From Candidatus Enterousia sp. (GTDB taxonomy: Bacteria > Pseudomonadota > Alphaproteobacteria > Rs-D84), in NCBI GenBank assembly GCA_045652565.1, contig JAZRUN010000062.1, positions 1 through 24,539 on the forward strand: a stretch of DNA of 24,539 nt, read 5' to 3'. The notes below the pieces were generated by a model, which did no database searches, was not told the DNA's origin, and saw only the letters and a list, made by a program, of their open reading frames with translations. Numbering within the stretch: position 1 is the first letter of the stretch; every line of letters starts with the position of its first letter. The position numbers and the translations under genes are program-made. Positions 8,308 to 16,429 of this stretch are shown here, one piece after another.

Positions 8308-8359
8308 AGTTCGTAAGTTGGTAATTAAAAACAGACCCTATTTTGCTAATTTACGAACT
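8308..8359. repeat. 52-bp palindrome-ended element, copy A3
   Basis: Same arms and length as A1 and A2. Confidence 0.9.
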
Positions 8360-8372
8360 TTTAATATCATTA

Positions 8373-8672
8373 TTAAAATCCCAAAGCATATAAACCAAAC
8401 AAAGAAATGGCAAATAAAGGGAACAATATAATCGAAACCCAAGCGGCTATGTTTTTGTGTGTTGGTGCTATATATCTTGCAATAAAGTAAGCCACAACAG
8501 ACTGTACCAAGAACCAAATAATCAGAAAAGGTGTTTTGAATTTTTCAAAATCACCAATAAAATGGGCTATATATGCAGATAGCACTGAAACAAAATATAC
8601 TGTGAACAATACAGCAGGTACTAATAATATCCAACGCAAAATATTTAGGTTGTCATTTTTTTGTTTTTTCAT
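8373..8672 (-). CDS. Hypothetical membrane protein, about 3 TM (cargo 3)
   Basis: Three hydrophobic stretches; AAGGAG RBS. Confidence 0.78.
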   Translation of the reverse strand: MKKQKNDNLNILRWILLVPAVLFTVYFVSVLSAYIAHFIGDFEKFKTPFLIIWFLVQSVVAYFIARYIAPTHKNIAAWVSIILFPLFAISLFGLYALGF

Positions 8673-8719
8673 TTTTTACTCCTTTTGCAGTTCGTCTAGC
8701 ATTTTTTGGAGCTAAACAA

Positions 8720-9268
8720 TTATCTTTTTGGTTTATAAACTGTGTGGCCCTGGGTCACATAATCTTTTAAAACCTTTTCGCCCGCATCTTGTTCTATTTG
8801 GCCGTAAACGGTTATACCGCGTTTTTTAAATTCGTTGTGCCAGTTTTGCTTAAACCCTTCGTCAAATCCGGTTATTTTGGTGACATGCCTAGAGGGAACG
8901 CCATAATAAACCGCTTTGATACCCGACCACATAATACTGCCCAGACACATCATACACGGTTCAGATGTCACATACATACTCAAATTATATGGCGATAAAT
9001 CATAAGTCCCCAGTTTCTTTTCTGCCATTTTTATCGCATTCATTTCGGCGTGATTATTACTGCAAGATTTATTCACAACATTATTGGCGGCCTTGGCAAC
9101 CAGATTGCCTTTTGAATCATAAATGGCGGCCAAAAACGGGCCATAACCTTTGTTGATATGTTTTTTCAACTCTTGCTGTAAATCCAATATAATTTTATTG
9201 GCCCTAATCAGTTTGCGATTATCAATTTTTTCATTAGCAATCACAGATGTTTTGTTATTTGTTTTCAT
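8720..9268 (-). CDS. Zn-dependent nucleoside/nucleobase deaminase (CDA superfamily, guanine deaminase-like)
   Basis: GPFLAAI, HAE and EPCMMC motifs, then WSGI..VYYG. Confidence 0.9.
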   Translation of the reverse strand: MKTNNKTSVIANEKIDNRKLIRANKIILDLQQELKKHINKGYGPFLAAIYDSKGNLVAKAANNVVNKSCSNNHAEMNAIKMAEKKLGTYDLSPYNLSMYVTSEPCMMCLGSIMWSGIKAVYYGVPSRHVTKITGFDEGFKQNWHNEFKKRGITVYGQIEQDAGEKVLKDYVTQGHTVYKPKR

Positions 9269-9379
9269 ACTGCTACCTTTTTAGAGAATTATGGCATAAT
9301 TTAGACTAAATTGCAAAACAGCTTTTGAAAATCTTTGCCGCCCAACCACAAATCGTGCCACCGACAGGTATGTTTAATA

Positions 9380-9408
9380 TTGCTTTTTTGGGCAATTTAT
9401 GATATAAT
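9380..9408 (+). promoter_or_regulatory. sigma70-type promoter
   Basis: TTGCTT-17-TATAAT. Confidence 0.6.
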
Positions 9409-9499
9409 AAGGAACAATCAGCAGACGGCTTTTGCCGTCTTGTTTTATTTCCGCCTGCGTGCGGAATTTTTTTATTTAATTATAAACAAAGGCTAAACA

Positions 9500-10090
9500 A
9501 TGAATAAAACACCAGATAATATATTCGACGCTGTGCAAAGTTCACAAGCCCTACGTAAACCCGTTATTGATAACCGCAAGCAAAACATTATTCATAAAAC
9601 AATGGCGGAAGAAGGCGGATATGCAGATAATCCAAAACTGATTGACCAGCCAACAAATTCAGGCATAACACAACCAACACTGGACAAATACAATGCAGAT
9701 CATCCAGACTTTAATTTCCCAGATAAAGTAAAAGATTTATCCCCAGAACAAGCACGGCAAATATACGGCGAAGATTATTATGATGAACGCCGTATTGGCG
9801 ATATAAAAAATGAACGCATTGCAGCGACTGTATTTGATATGGGGGTTATGAGCAATTTCAACAATGTTGGAAAAATTATTCAACAAACATTAAACGATTC
9901 AATAGGCGCAAATTTAAAAATAGACGGCAAAATTGGCGACAAAACAATAGATGCCTTGAACAATATCCCGGACAATAAAATTGATGATTTTATGCAAGAT
10001 TTAAAAGATAACAGAATTAAATATCTGCGCGGCCTGCCCGATTGGAACAAATATGGAAACGGCTGGACAAGTCGTACAAATAGATATTGA
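9500..10090 (+). CDS. Glycoside hydrolase family 108 muramidase with C-terminal peptidoglycan-binding motif
   Basis: EGGY catalytic motif, T-NSGIT, IY..DYY, DGKIG.KT, KYGNGWTSR. Confidence 0.85.
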   Translation: MNKTPDNIFDAVQSSQALRKPVIDNRKQNIIHKTMAEEGGYADNPKLIDQPTNSGITQPTLDKYNADHPDFNFPDKVKDLSPEQARQIYGEDYYDERRIGDIKNERIAATVFDMGVMSNFNNVGKIIQQTLNDSIGANLKIDGKIGDKTIDALNNIPDNKIDDFMQDLKDNRIKYLRGLPDWNKYGNGWTSRTNRY

Positions 10091-10140
10091 GTTTTATACA
10101 ACTGTTTTGCAGCAATTAATATATAGGAGTGTGGGAATTT

Positions 10141-10201
10141 TGTGAATAATACAGACAGCAATAATATACAACGTACGATATTTATCTTGTCATTTTTTCA
10201 T
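10141..10201 (-). pseudogene. Frameshifted 5' fragment of a paralog of cargo 3
   Basis: Aligns with 8601-8672: NDKINIVRCILLL-SVLFT vs NDNLNILRWILLVPAVLFT. The ATG is followed by an A6 run that puts it out of frame (ATG AAA AAA TGA). Confidence 0.7.
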
Positions 10202-10256
10202 TCTTTTATCTGTTGATGTTCATATACAAAACAGCGCGCCAAGTGGCATGCCGATG

Positions 10257-10715
10257 TTATCTCGCAGATTTGCTGCCCGTCAAACCTTGGGCTGGGCCAT
10301 AATGCGTGGTCTTGCAGTATTCAAAATAAAATGCAACAACATCCCTGTGCGGACGCGCAATCAGTTTATATGCATTCACATTTTGTTTTACAGCCGCCAT
10401 TTGGACTTCGCGTGATGGATTCCTAATAAACTTTATCGCCATACCATTTTGTTTTACCGCCGCAATTTCAATTTCTTCGGTCGCACCGTTCACATATTCC
10501 AATGCAAGACCATTTTGGCGCACTGCACGCAGGCGCAAATCATAGGACTGGTTAGACACAAAGCGAAGGACAAAAGGATCGATATGCACCGCGCGACGCA
10601 AAAATTCGGTGCTTGGATTTTTTATATCTGCACCTGTAAATACACCACCAGTTTTTTTAAATTTTTTCACCTGCGCCAATAATTGTTTTTCGTATTCGGT
10701 CATCTTTGTTGTCAT
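10257..10715 (-). CDS. DUF4116-like repeat protein
   Basis: Tandem AV(R/K)QNG(L/M)A(L/I)x(Y/F) repeats. Confidence 0.75.
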   Translation of the reverse strand: MTTKMTEYEKQLLAQVKKFKKTGGVFTGADIKNPSTEFLRRAVHIDPFVLRFVSNQSYDLRLRAVRQNGLALEYVNGATEEIEIAAVKQNGMAIKFIRNPSREVQMAAVKQNVNAYKLIARPHRDVVAFYFEYCKTTHYGPAQGLTGSKSAR

Positions 10716-10730
10716 AGTGCAACCTTTTAA

Positions 10731-11099
10731 TTATTTCAACAATTCTCTCGCTTGATTTAACAAACCGATTGCCAAATCTATCTTGGTCGTGTCCAATGCC
10801 GTTGCAGACGAACTGCGTGAAGGTGCGTTGTCCGCCCCAGGCGCAAAATTGGTGGCGATAAATTCGCCCCCGCGTATTAGTTTTTTTACACCTGCGATTG
10901 TCATTCCGCGATTATAAAGCAAATCTTGAATCGTTTTTAACCGCGCAATGGTTTCTGGTCTATAATAGCGTCGCCCACCTGCGCCCGCGACAGGACGCAC
11001 AACGGTCGGAAATTGCTTTTCCCAATAGCGTAAAGTATGCGTCGGAACCCCAAGTTCGCGCGAAACAGTGTTTATTGGAGCAAAGTATTCACTATCCAT
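10731..11099 (-). CDS. MerR-family transcriptional regulator
   Basis: [19 protein letters not shown]...GGRRYYR w[13 protein letters not shown]. Start MDSEYF (11099) overlaps the gyrA stop. Confidence 0.88.
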   Translation of the reverse strand: MDSEYFAPINTVSRELGVPTHTLRYWEKQFPTVVRPVAGAGGRRYYRPETIARLKTIQDLLYNRGMTIAGVKKLIRGGEFIATNFAPGADNAPSRSSSATALDTTKIDLAIGLLNQARELLK

Positions 11100-13833
11100 T
11101 TTCAACCGACCCCGCATCTGGTTCAGAGTTTGTTTCATCCGCATCCGCGCCATCCGATTCAATAGATATCGCAGACATAACCTTTTCGTTTTCGGCCGTA
11201 CGGAACAATGTCACCCCCGCGGTGCTGCGGCCTGCAATCCTGATATCTGATGCAGGAGTGCGAATAATTTTGCCGCCGTCCGTCACCATAATAATATCGT
11301 TATCAGAATTTACAGGGAACGAACCCGCAACCGCAGTATTCTTGCCACCAAGTTTGATGTTCGTAAATCCGCCACCACCACGATGGGTCAAACGATATTC
11401 ATAAGAACTGGTGCGTTTGCCGAACCCATTTTCAGAAATGGTCAAGATAAATTCTTCGCGCGCGGCCATTTCCGCCATCTTGGCATCATCCAGGACAAGT
11501 GTTGTTGTTTCTTCTTCGGTATCTGCTTCTTCTTCTACGCCCGTTTCTGCGCGGCGTGCAGCGCGCGACTGTTTCACATACGCCGCACGAACCGCAGAAT
11601 CTGATTCACCACGATTTAGCATAGACATACCGATGATTCTATCATCTTTGCCAAGTGTGATTCCACGGACACCTGTTGAATTGCGACCTGCGAAAACACG
11701 AATTTCTGGCACAGGGAAACGGATGCAACGGCCCCGATATGTTGCCAAGAATACATCTTGGTCTTCGGCGCATGGCAACACAGAAACCAAACTGTCACCT
11801 TCGTCCAACTTCATCGCAATCTTTCCATTGGCGCGTATAGAATCGAAATCTTCTAAACGATTTCTGCGCACAGTACCTGATGCCGTCACAAACATCAAGA
11901 AATGTTCTTTGCCAGAATCTTTAATTGCCTGAACATCTTCTTCTGGCACCGGCAAAATAGCCGTAATCGTTTCATTTTCCGCCAACGGCAACAGATTGAC
12001 CAGTGGCCGTCCCTTGGCAGCCGCCGCCGCTTCGGGCAATTTATATGTTTTTAATTTATAACACAATCCACGTGACGAGAAGAACAACAACGGCGTATGC
12101 GTATTCGCAACAAACACCTGGACAACATAGTCGTCATCTTTTGTTGTCATCGCATTGCGTCCTTTGCCGCCGCGTTTTTGCGCACGGTATGTATCCAGCG
12201 ACACGCGCTTGATATAACCAGTATTCGAAACCGTCACCACCATATCTTCACGCGCAATCAGGTCTTCTATATCAATATCAATTTCCGCATCAGAAATTTC
12301 TGTTCTGCGTGGCGAAGCCCAGTTATCACGTACCGCAGCGGTTTCTTCACGGATAATTTGCACAATGCGTTCATGTGATGCCAAGATATCTAACAAATCA
12401 CGAATTTGTGCACCAAGTTCGACCAAATCCGCGTGCAATTTGTCGCGTTCCAGTCCTGTCAATCTGTGCAATTGCAATTCCAAAATTGCGCGCGCCTGGT
12501 CTTCGGACATATAGAACATACCGTCTTTATATTCTGTATTTGGGTCGTCAATCAATTGAATATAGTTTTCAATATCAGACGCCTTCCATCCGCGCGAAAC
12601 CAGCGCAACACGCGCATCTTCGGGGCTTGCCGACGATTTGATAAGTTCAATCACTTCGTCCAAATTGCCGACCGCAACCGACAGGCCCAGTAATGTATGT
12701 GCACGATTACGCGCTTTGTTCAAATCGAAAATCGTTCTGCGGCGAATAACTTCTTCACGGAATTCAATAAACGCATCCAAAACGCCACGAACATTAAATA
12801 ACATTGGGCGGCCACGATTCAATGCCATCATATTTACAGGGAAATTCGCCTGCATTTCTGTGTATTGAAACAGGTGATTCAGCACCACATCAAAAATCGC
12901 ATCGCGTTTCAATTCAATAACTATGCGCAGACCTTCTTTGGACGATTCGTCACGAATTTCGGAAATGCCTTCGATTTTTTTATCTTTGGCAAGTTCCGCA
13001 ATTTTAATGATAAGTTGCGCCTTGTTCACTTGGTATGGAATTTCATCAACAATGATTGCGTCATGGTCGTGAAATTTTTCCATATGTGTTTTTGCGCGCA
13101 CTATGATAGAACCGCGCCCAGTTGTATGCGCTTTGTATGCGCCACTGCGTCCCATAATGATTGCACCTGTTGGAAAATCAGGTCCCGGGATAATTTCAAA
13201 CAATTCATCATCAGAAATCGATTTGTTATCCAAAATCGCCAAAATACCATTGCAGATTTCACCAAGGTTATATGGCGGAACATTTGTTGCCATACCAACC
13301 GCGATACCCGAACCGCCATTCACCAAAAAGTTTGGAAACTTGGTCGGCAAAACAACCGGTTCTTGCAGAGTGCCATCAAAATTCGGCTGCCAATCAACGG
13401 TGTCTTTGTCCATATCTTCCATAAGTGTCGCACCAAGTTTGGAAAGTCGCGCCTCGGTATAACGCATAGCCGCGGCCTTGTCCCCGTCGCGCGAACCAAA
13501 ATTACCTTGACCTTGGACCAACATTTCGCCCATAGAAAAATCTTGTCCCATACGAACCATCGCTTCGTAAATAGAACTGTCGCCGTGGGGATGATACTTA
13601 CCCATAACATCACCAACGATACGCGCAGATTTCACAGTCGGTTTTGTTGCGGGCGCAACCTCGTTCATAACATACAGAATACGACGATGCACAGGCTTGC
13701 AACCATCGCGAACATCAGGCAACGCGCGGTCTACAATAACCGACATCGCATAGTCCAAAAAGCTGGTTCTCATTTCGTGTTCCAACGAAGATTGTGGAAC
13801 TTTGATTTCGTTTGTATTTTCTATTTCTGACAT
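11092..13833 (-). CDS. gyrA: DNA gyrase subunit A
   Basis: [17 protein letters not shown], catalytic AAMRY, GyrA-box QKRGGKG, C-terminal beta-pinwheel repeats. Confidence 0.98.
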   Translation of the reverse strand: MSEIENTNEIKVPQSSLEHEMRTSFLDYAMSVIVDRALPDVRDGCKPVHRRILYVMNEVAPATKPTVKSARIVGDVMGKYHPHGDSSIYEAMVRMGQDFSMGEMLVQGQGNFGSRDGDKAAAMRYTEARLSKLGATLMEDMDKDTVDWQPNFDGTLQEPVVLPTKFPNFLVNGGSGIAVGMATNVPPYNLGEICNGILAILDNKSISDDELFEIIPGPDFPTGAIIMGRSGAYKAHTTGRGSIIVRAKTHMEKFHDHDAIIVDEIPYQVNKAQLIIKIAELAKDKKIEGISEIRDESSKEGLRIVIELKRDAIFDVVLNHLFQYTEMQANFPVNMMALNRGRPMLFNVRGVLDAFIEFREEVIRRRTIFDLNKARNRAHTLLGLSVAVGNLDEVIELIKSSASPEDARVALVSRGWKASDIENYIQLIDDPNTEYKDGMFYMSEDQARAILELQLHRLTGLERDKLHADLVELGAQIRDLLDILASHERIVQIIREETAAVRDNWASPRRTEISDAEIDIDIEDLIAREDMVVTVSNTGYIKRVSLDTYRAQKRGGKGRNAMTTKDDDYVVQVFVANTHTPLLFFSSRGLCYKLKTYKLPEAAAAAKGRPLVNLLPLAENETITAILPVPEEDVQAIKDSGKEHFLMFVTASGTVRRNRLEDFDSIRANGKIAMKLDEGDSLVSVLPCAEDQDVFLATYRGRCIRFPVPEIRVFAGRNSTGVRGITLGKDDRIIGMSMLNRGESDSAVRAAYVKQSRAARRAETGVEEEADTEEETTTLVLDDAKMAEMAAREEFILTISENGFGKRTSSYEYRLTHRGGGGFTNIKLGGKNTAVAGSFPVNSDNDIIMVTDGGKIIRTPASDIRIAGRSTAGVTLFRTAENEKVMSAISIESDGADADETNSEPDAGSVENG

Positions 13834-13974
13834 AACTTGCTCTTTCCTTGGTTTTTAACAAATAAAACATAGCAAATTTTTGCGGCCCAGGTCAAGAAAT
13901 AAAGCGTCAAAAATCATATTGACAAACAATTATATTGTGATAATATAAAAAACAAATAACATAGGGATAAAAGT

Positions 13975-14103
13975 ATGAAACAAGGAACTGTTGCGGCGAC
14001 TGGTGCGTTGTCTGGTATTTTTTGGAATTTGTTTGCGGCACTGCTTGCATATCATTTGTTTTTACTTGTACTGCAAAAACTGGGTTTGGTAAAAAGTAAA
14101 TAA
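13975..14103 (+). CDS. Small hydrophobic protein, 42 aa
   Basis: Not in the track. MKQGTVAATGALSGIFWNLFAALLAYHLFLLVLQKLGLVKSK*, with promoter TTGACA (13919)-16-TAATAT and a GGGA RBS. Confidence 0.6.
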   Translation: MKQGTVAATGALSGIFWNLFAALLAYHLFLLVLQKLGLVKSK

Positions 14104-14158
14104 AATAGTTGCGTTTTTAAAAAACTTATGATTAAATATACGCACAAAAGGATTTGAA

Positions 14159-14311
14159 ATGGCAACAAAAAGAACATATCAACCGTCAAAAACACGCCGC
14201 ATTCGTACACACGGCTTTCGCGCACGTATGGCGACCAAGGGCGGACGTGACGTTTTAAATCGTCGTCGCGCGGCGGGTCGCAAAAAAATTGCTGTGACGG
14301 CAGAAAATTAA
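14159..14311 (+). CDS. rpmH: 50S ribosomal protein L34
   Basis: Not in the track (50 aa). [44 protein letters not shown]. Confidence 0.97.
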   Translation: MATKRTYQPSKTRRIRTHGFRARMATKGGRDVLNRRRAAGRKKIAVTAEN

Positions 14312-14336
14312 AAAATCGCCAGTTGGCGATTTTTTT
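14311..14336. terminator. Bidirectional intrinsic terminator
   Basis: AAAAATCGCC-agtt-GGCGATTTTT between rpmH and cvpA. Confidence 0.8.
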
Positions 14337-14366
14337 AATTCAATTTTTTATCAAATCTTTATTATT

Positions 14367-15113
14367 TTACTCTGCCGCCGCCTCTTTGGCTTTTTCATGC
14401 TGCTCAACGGCCTTTGCAACACTTTCGATTTGCAATAACTGATTTTCCAAAGAACTCCGTTCCGAATTTTTATAGCCTGTTTCTTCATCTGATTTTTGCG
14501 CCGTATTTTGCGCATCCTGCTTTGTGGCGGCATCAACCACACGCGGATTTATCAAATTATCAAATATTTTTTGTGCCTCACGCGCGCCTTCTAAATCGCG
14601 TTGCAATAATTTATTTGCGGCCCCAGGTATAAACCATTCATCTAACTTTATGGCCGTCAACTGCATTATCGGACGCGTACGCGCATCGGTTAACCAACGC
14701 GGCACCACGGGGCTATCGGAAAAATACCACAAGGCCGCCCAATAACAAATACCCATAAGCACGACCCCGCGAATAAGGCCAAAAATTACGCCCAGAGTAT
14801 GATCTGTGACACTCATAATACTGGCGTGGATTCTGTCCCGCAGTTTTTGATTAAAAAATCCAACTATCAATAAAATAACAAAGAAAACGATAAAGTAAGA
14901 CGCGACCAATGTTCCAACCGTTGATTCAGAAAGCCCGAACCAACCCTGTAATAACTTGTCCAACATTGGTGATACAAACCGCGCCGCAATCGCCGCGACG
15001 ACCCACGACAAAGTCGCAATCGTTTCGTATATTCCGCCACGTATCGTCGCCCACACAGTGGACGCTATTAAAACCCCAACGTATGCATAATCAACCCACG
15101 TTAAATCCAGCAT
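14367..15113 (-). CDS. cvpA: CvpA (colicin V production) family membrane protein
   Basis: N-terminal D, RGGIYE..A, D..LG.IFGL.RG; four TM segments plus a charged tail. Confidence 0.85.
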   Translation of the reverse strand: MLDLTWVDYAYVGVLIASTVWATIRGGIYETIATLSWVVAAIAARFVSPMLDKLLQGWFGLSESTVGTLVASYFIVFFVILLIVGFFNQKLRDRIHASIMSVTDHTLGVIFGLIRGVVLMGICYWAALWYFSDSPVVPRWLTDARTRPIMQLTAIKLDEWFIPGAANKLLQRDLEGAREAQKIFDNLINPRVVDAATKQDAQNTAQKSDEETGYKNSERSSLENQLLQIESVAKAVEQHEKAKEAAAE

Positions 15114-15124
15114 ATCAAAACCCG

Positions 15125-15694
15125 TTATTTTTTGTTGCCTTTACGCAGAACCAAACCCAATCCAATAACAAACACCGCTAACACTACATAAAACACCCAA
15201 CTGTCGTCAGATTTTTTAATTTTTTTTTGCACAGGTGTTTCGTCAGGCGCATTTACTTCGCGTTCAACAATAACATTTGCACGTTCAGTATGTGCCGCAC
15301 GAAATGCCGCCGCATCCTTTGCCATTTCGGCCTTGTTTCCCGCCGCCGCAGTTTTGGAATCTTCGGTCAAGTCAACTTCGACCGCCGCGCGCAACTCGTC
15401 CGCCATAGAATCCCCATAACCTTGGAAACATTTTTCACCGATGACCAAAACAGGAACACCGCCCGAGGAATATTCGCACTTTTTCAATACGTCCATAAAT
15501 TCAGGTCTGTTTGCTTCTTGCGTGACATCGACCGCCATAACCTTTAAATCGGGGTATTCATAAACCAACTCGTTCGAAATAAATTCGCGTGCGTGATGAC
15601 AATGTGGACAGGTTGGTGAATAATATAATGTGATATCAGATGCCGAAGCCGCGCCACAAACCAGTGCACAAACCAAACCGAATATTTTCTTCAT
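15125..15694 (-). CDS. Exported thioredoxin/glutaredoxin-fold protein with CPHC and a C-terminal membrane anchor
   Basis: Signal peptide MKKIFG...ASA, YYSPTCPHC, GVPVLVIG...QGY, C-terminal TM. Start at 15694 behind AAGGAG. Confidence 0.8.
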   Translation of the reverse strand: MKKIFGLVCALVCGAASASDITLYYSPTCPHCHHAREFISNELVYEYPDLKVMAVDVTQEANRPEFMDVLKKCEYSSGGVPVLVIGEKCFQGYGDSMADELRAAVEVDLTEDSKTAAAGNKAEMAKDAAAFRAAHTERANVIVEREVNAPDETPVQKKIKKSDDSWVFYVVLAVFVIGLGLVLRKGNKK

Positions 15695-15836
15695 AATATC
15701 TCCTTTCGTTAACCTGTGTTTATTATAGAAACATATTATAGATGTGCGCAAGTCATTTTTACAAAAAATAAACTATTTTTCCTGTGGCGGCAAATACACC
15801 AAGTGTATAAAATAGAATTAAAAAGGAGCCTTTCCA

Positions 15837-16424
15837 ATGTTCAACCTTATTGACCACCCTTTACCATTTCGCGAAACAGACCTTGAACCATATATGTCCC
15901 AAGATACTGTGCGCACACACTATGGTAAGCACCTGGCGACATACATTGCGAATCTGAACAGCCTGGTTGCAGGAACAAAGTATGCAGATATGGATTTACG
16001 TGAAATCATAATCGCAACAGCAAACGACGCGGCGACCCAAAAAATTTTTAACAATGCGGCACAAGTTTCCAATCATATATTCTTTTTTAACTGTCTTGGG
16101 CGCGGTAATAATGAAACACCAGATATAATATCAAGTGCGTTCGGTGGCAAAGAAGAATTTATGAAACAATTTAAATCTGTCGCCATGGATGTTTTTGGTT
16201 CTGGATGGGTTTGGTTATTGCACAATGGCGAAAATAAATTTGAAATTGTTGCGACAAAAAATGCAGACACGCCCGTTGCACACGGTCAAAAGCCTGTATT
16301 AGTTTTAGACCTGTGGGAACACGCATATTATTTGGACTATCAAAATCGGCGCGCAGAATTTGTAGATGTTTTTTTGAATCATCTGATAGATTGGAAATTC
16401 GTTATTGATAATATGAATATGTAA
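15837..16424 (+). CDS. sodB: Superoxide dismutase, Fe-type signature
   Basis: HYGKH, FNNAAQ..NH (AAQ typical of FeSOD), FGSGWVWL, DLWEHAYY. Confidence 0.92.
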   Translation: MFNLIDHPLPFRETDLEPYMSQDTVRTHYGKHLATYIANLNSLVAGTKYADMDLREIIIATANDAATQKIFNNAAQVSNHIFFFNCLGRGNNETPDIISSAFGGKEEFMKQFKSVAMDVFGSGWVWLLHNGENKFEIVATKNADTPVAHGQKPVLVLDLWEHAYYLDYQNRRAEFVDVFLNHLIDWKFVIDNMNM

Positions 16425-16429
16425 AAACA

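Larger units (their letters stand above)
6627..9360. mobile_element. Tandem array of non-autonomous integrative units at the tRNA-Glu 3' end
   Basis: TGCCA cores end at 6626, 7344, 8139, 8295 and possibly 9360. Repeated 52-bp sites and right-end segments, AT-rich cargo, no integrase gene. The right boundary is uncertain. Confidence 0.65.

Noticed and set aside
6683-8359. Classical integron attC sites or a CRISPR array
   Set aside because: No RYYYAAC/GTTRRRY boxes and no intI. Repeats are 52 bp, separated by 0.7-0.9 kb of genes, and there are no cas genes.
9880-10161. 93-aa minus-strand ORF
   Set aside because: Mostly antisense to GH108; its 5' part is the frameshifted cargo 3 fragment reported separately.
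11440-11600. Acidic/Arg-rich insertion in the GyrA C-terminal domain
   Set aside because: A similar insertion is usual in alphaproteobacterial GyrA, so it is not novel. The QRDR (GDSSIYE) looks wild type and no intein is evident.
12865-13830. 321-aa plus-strand ORF
   Set aside because: Lies wholly antisense to gyrA with no RBS or motif; long antisense frames are common opposite conserved genes.
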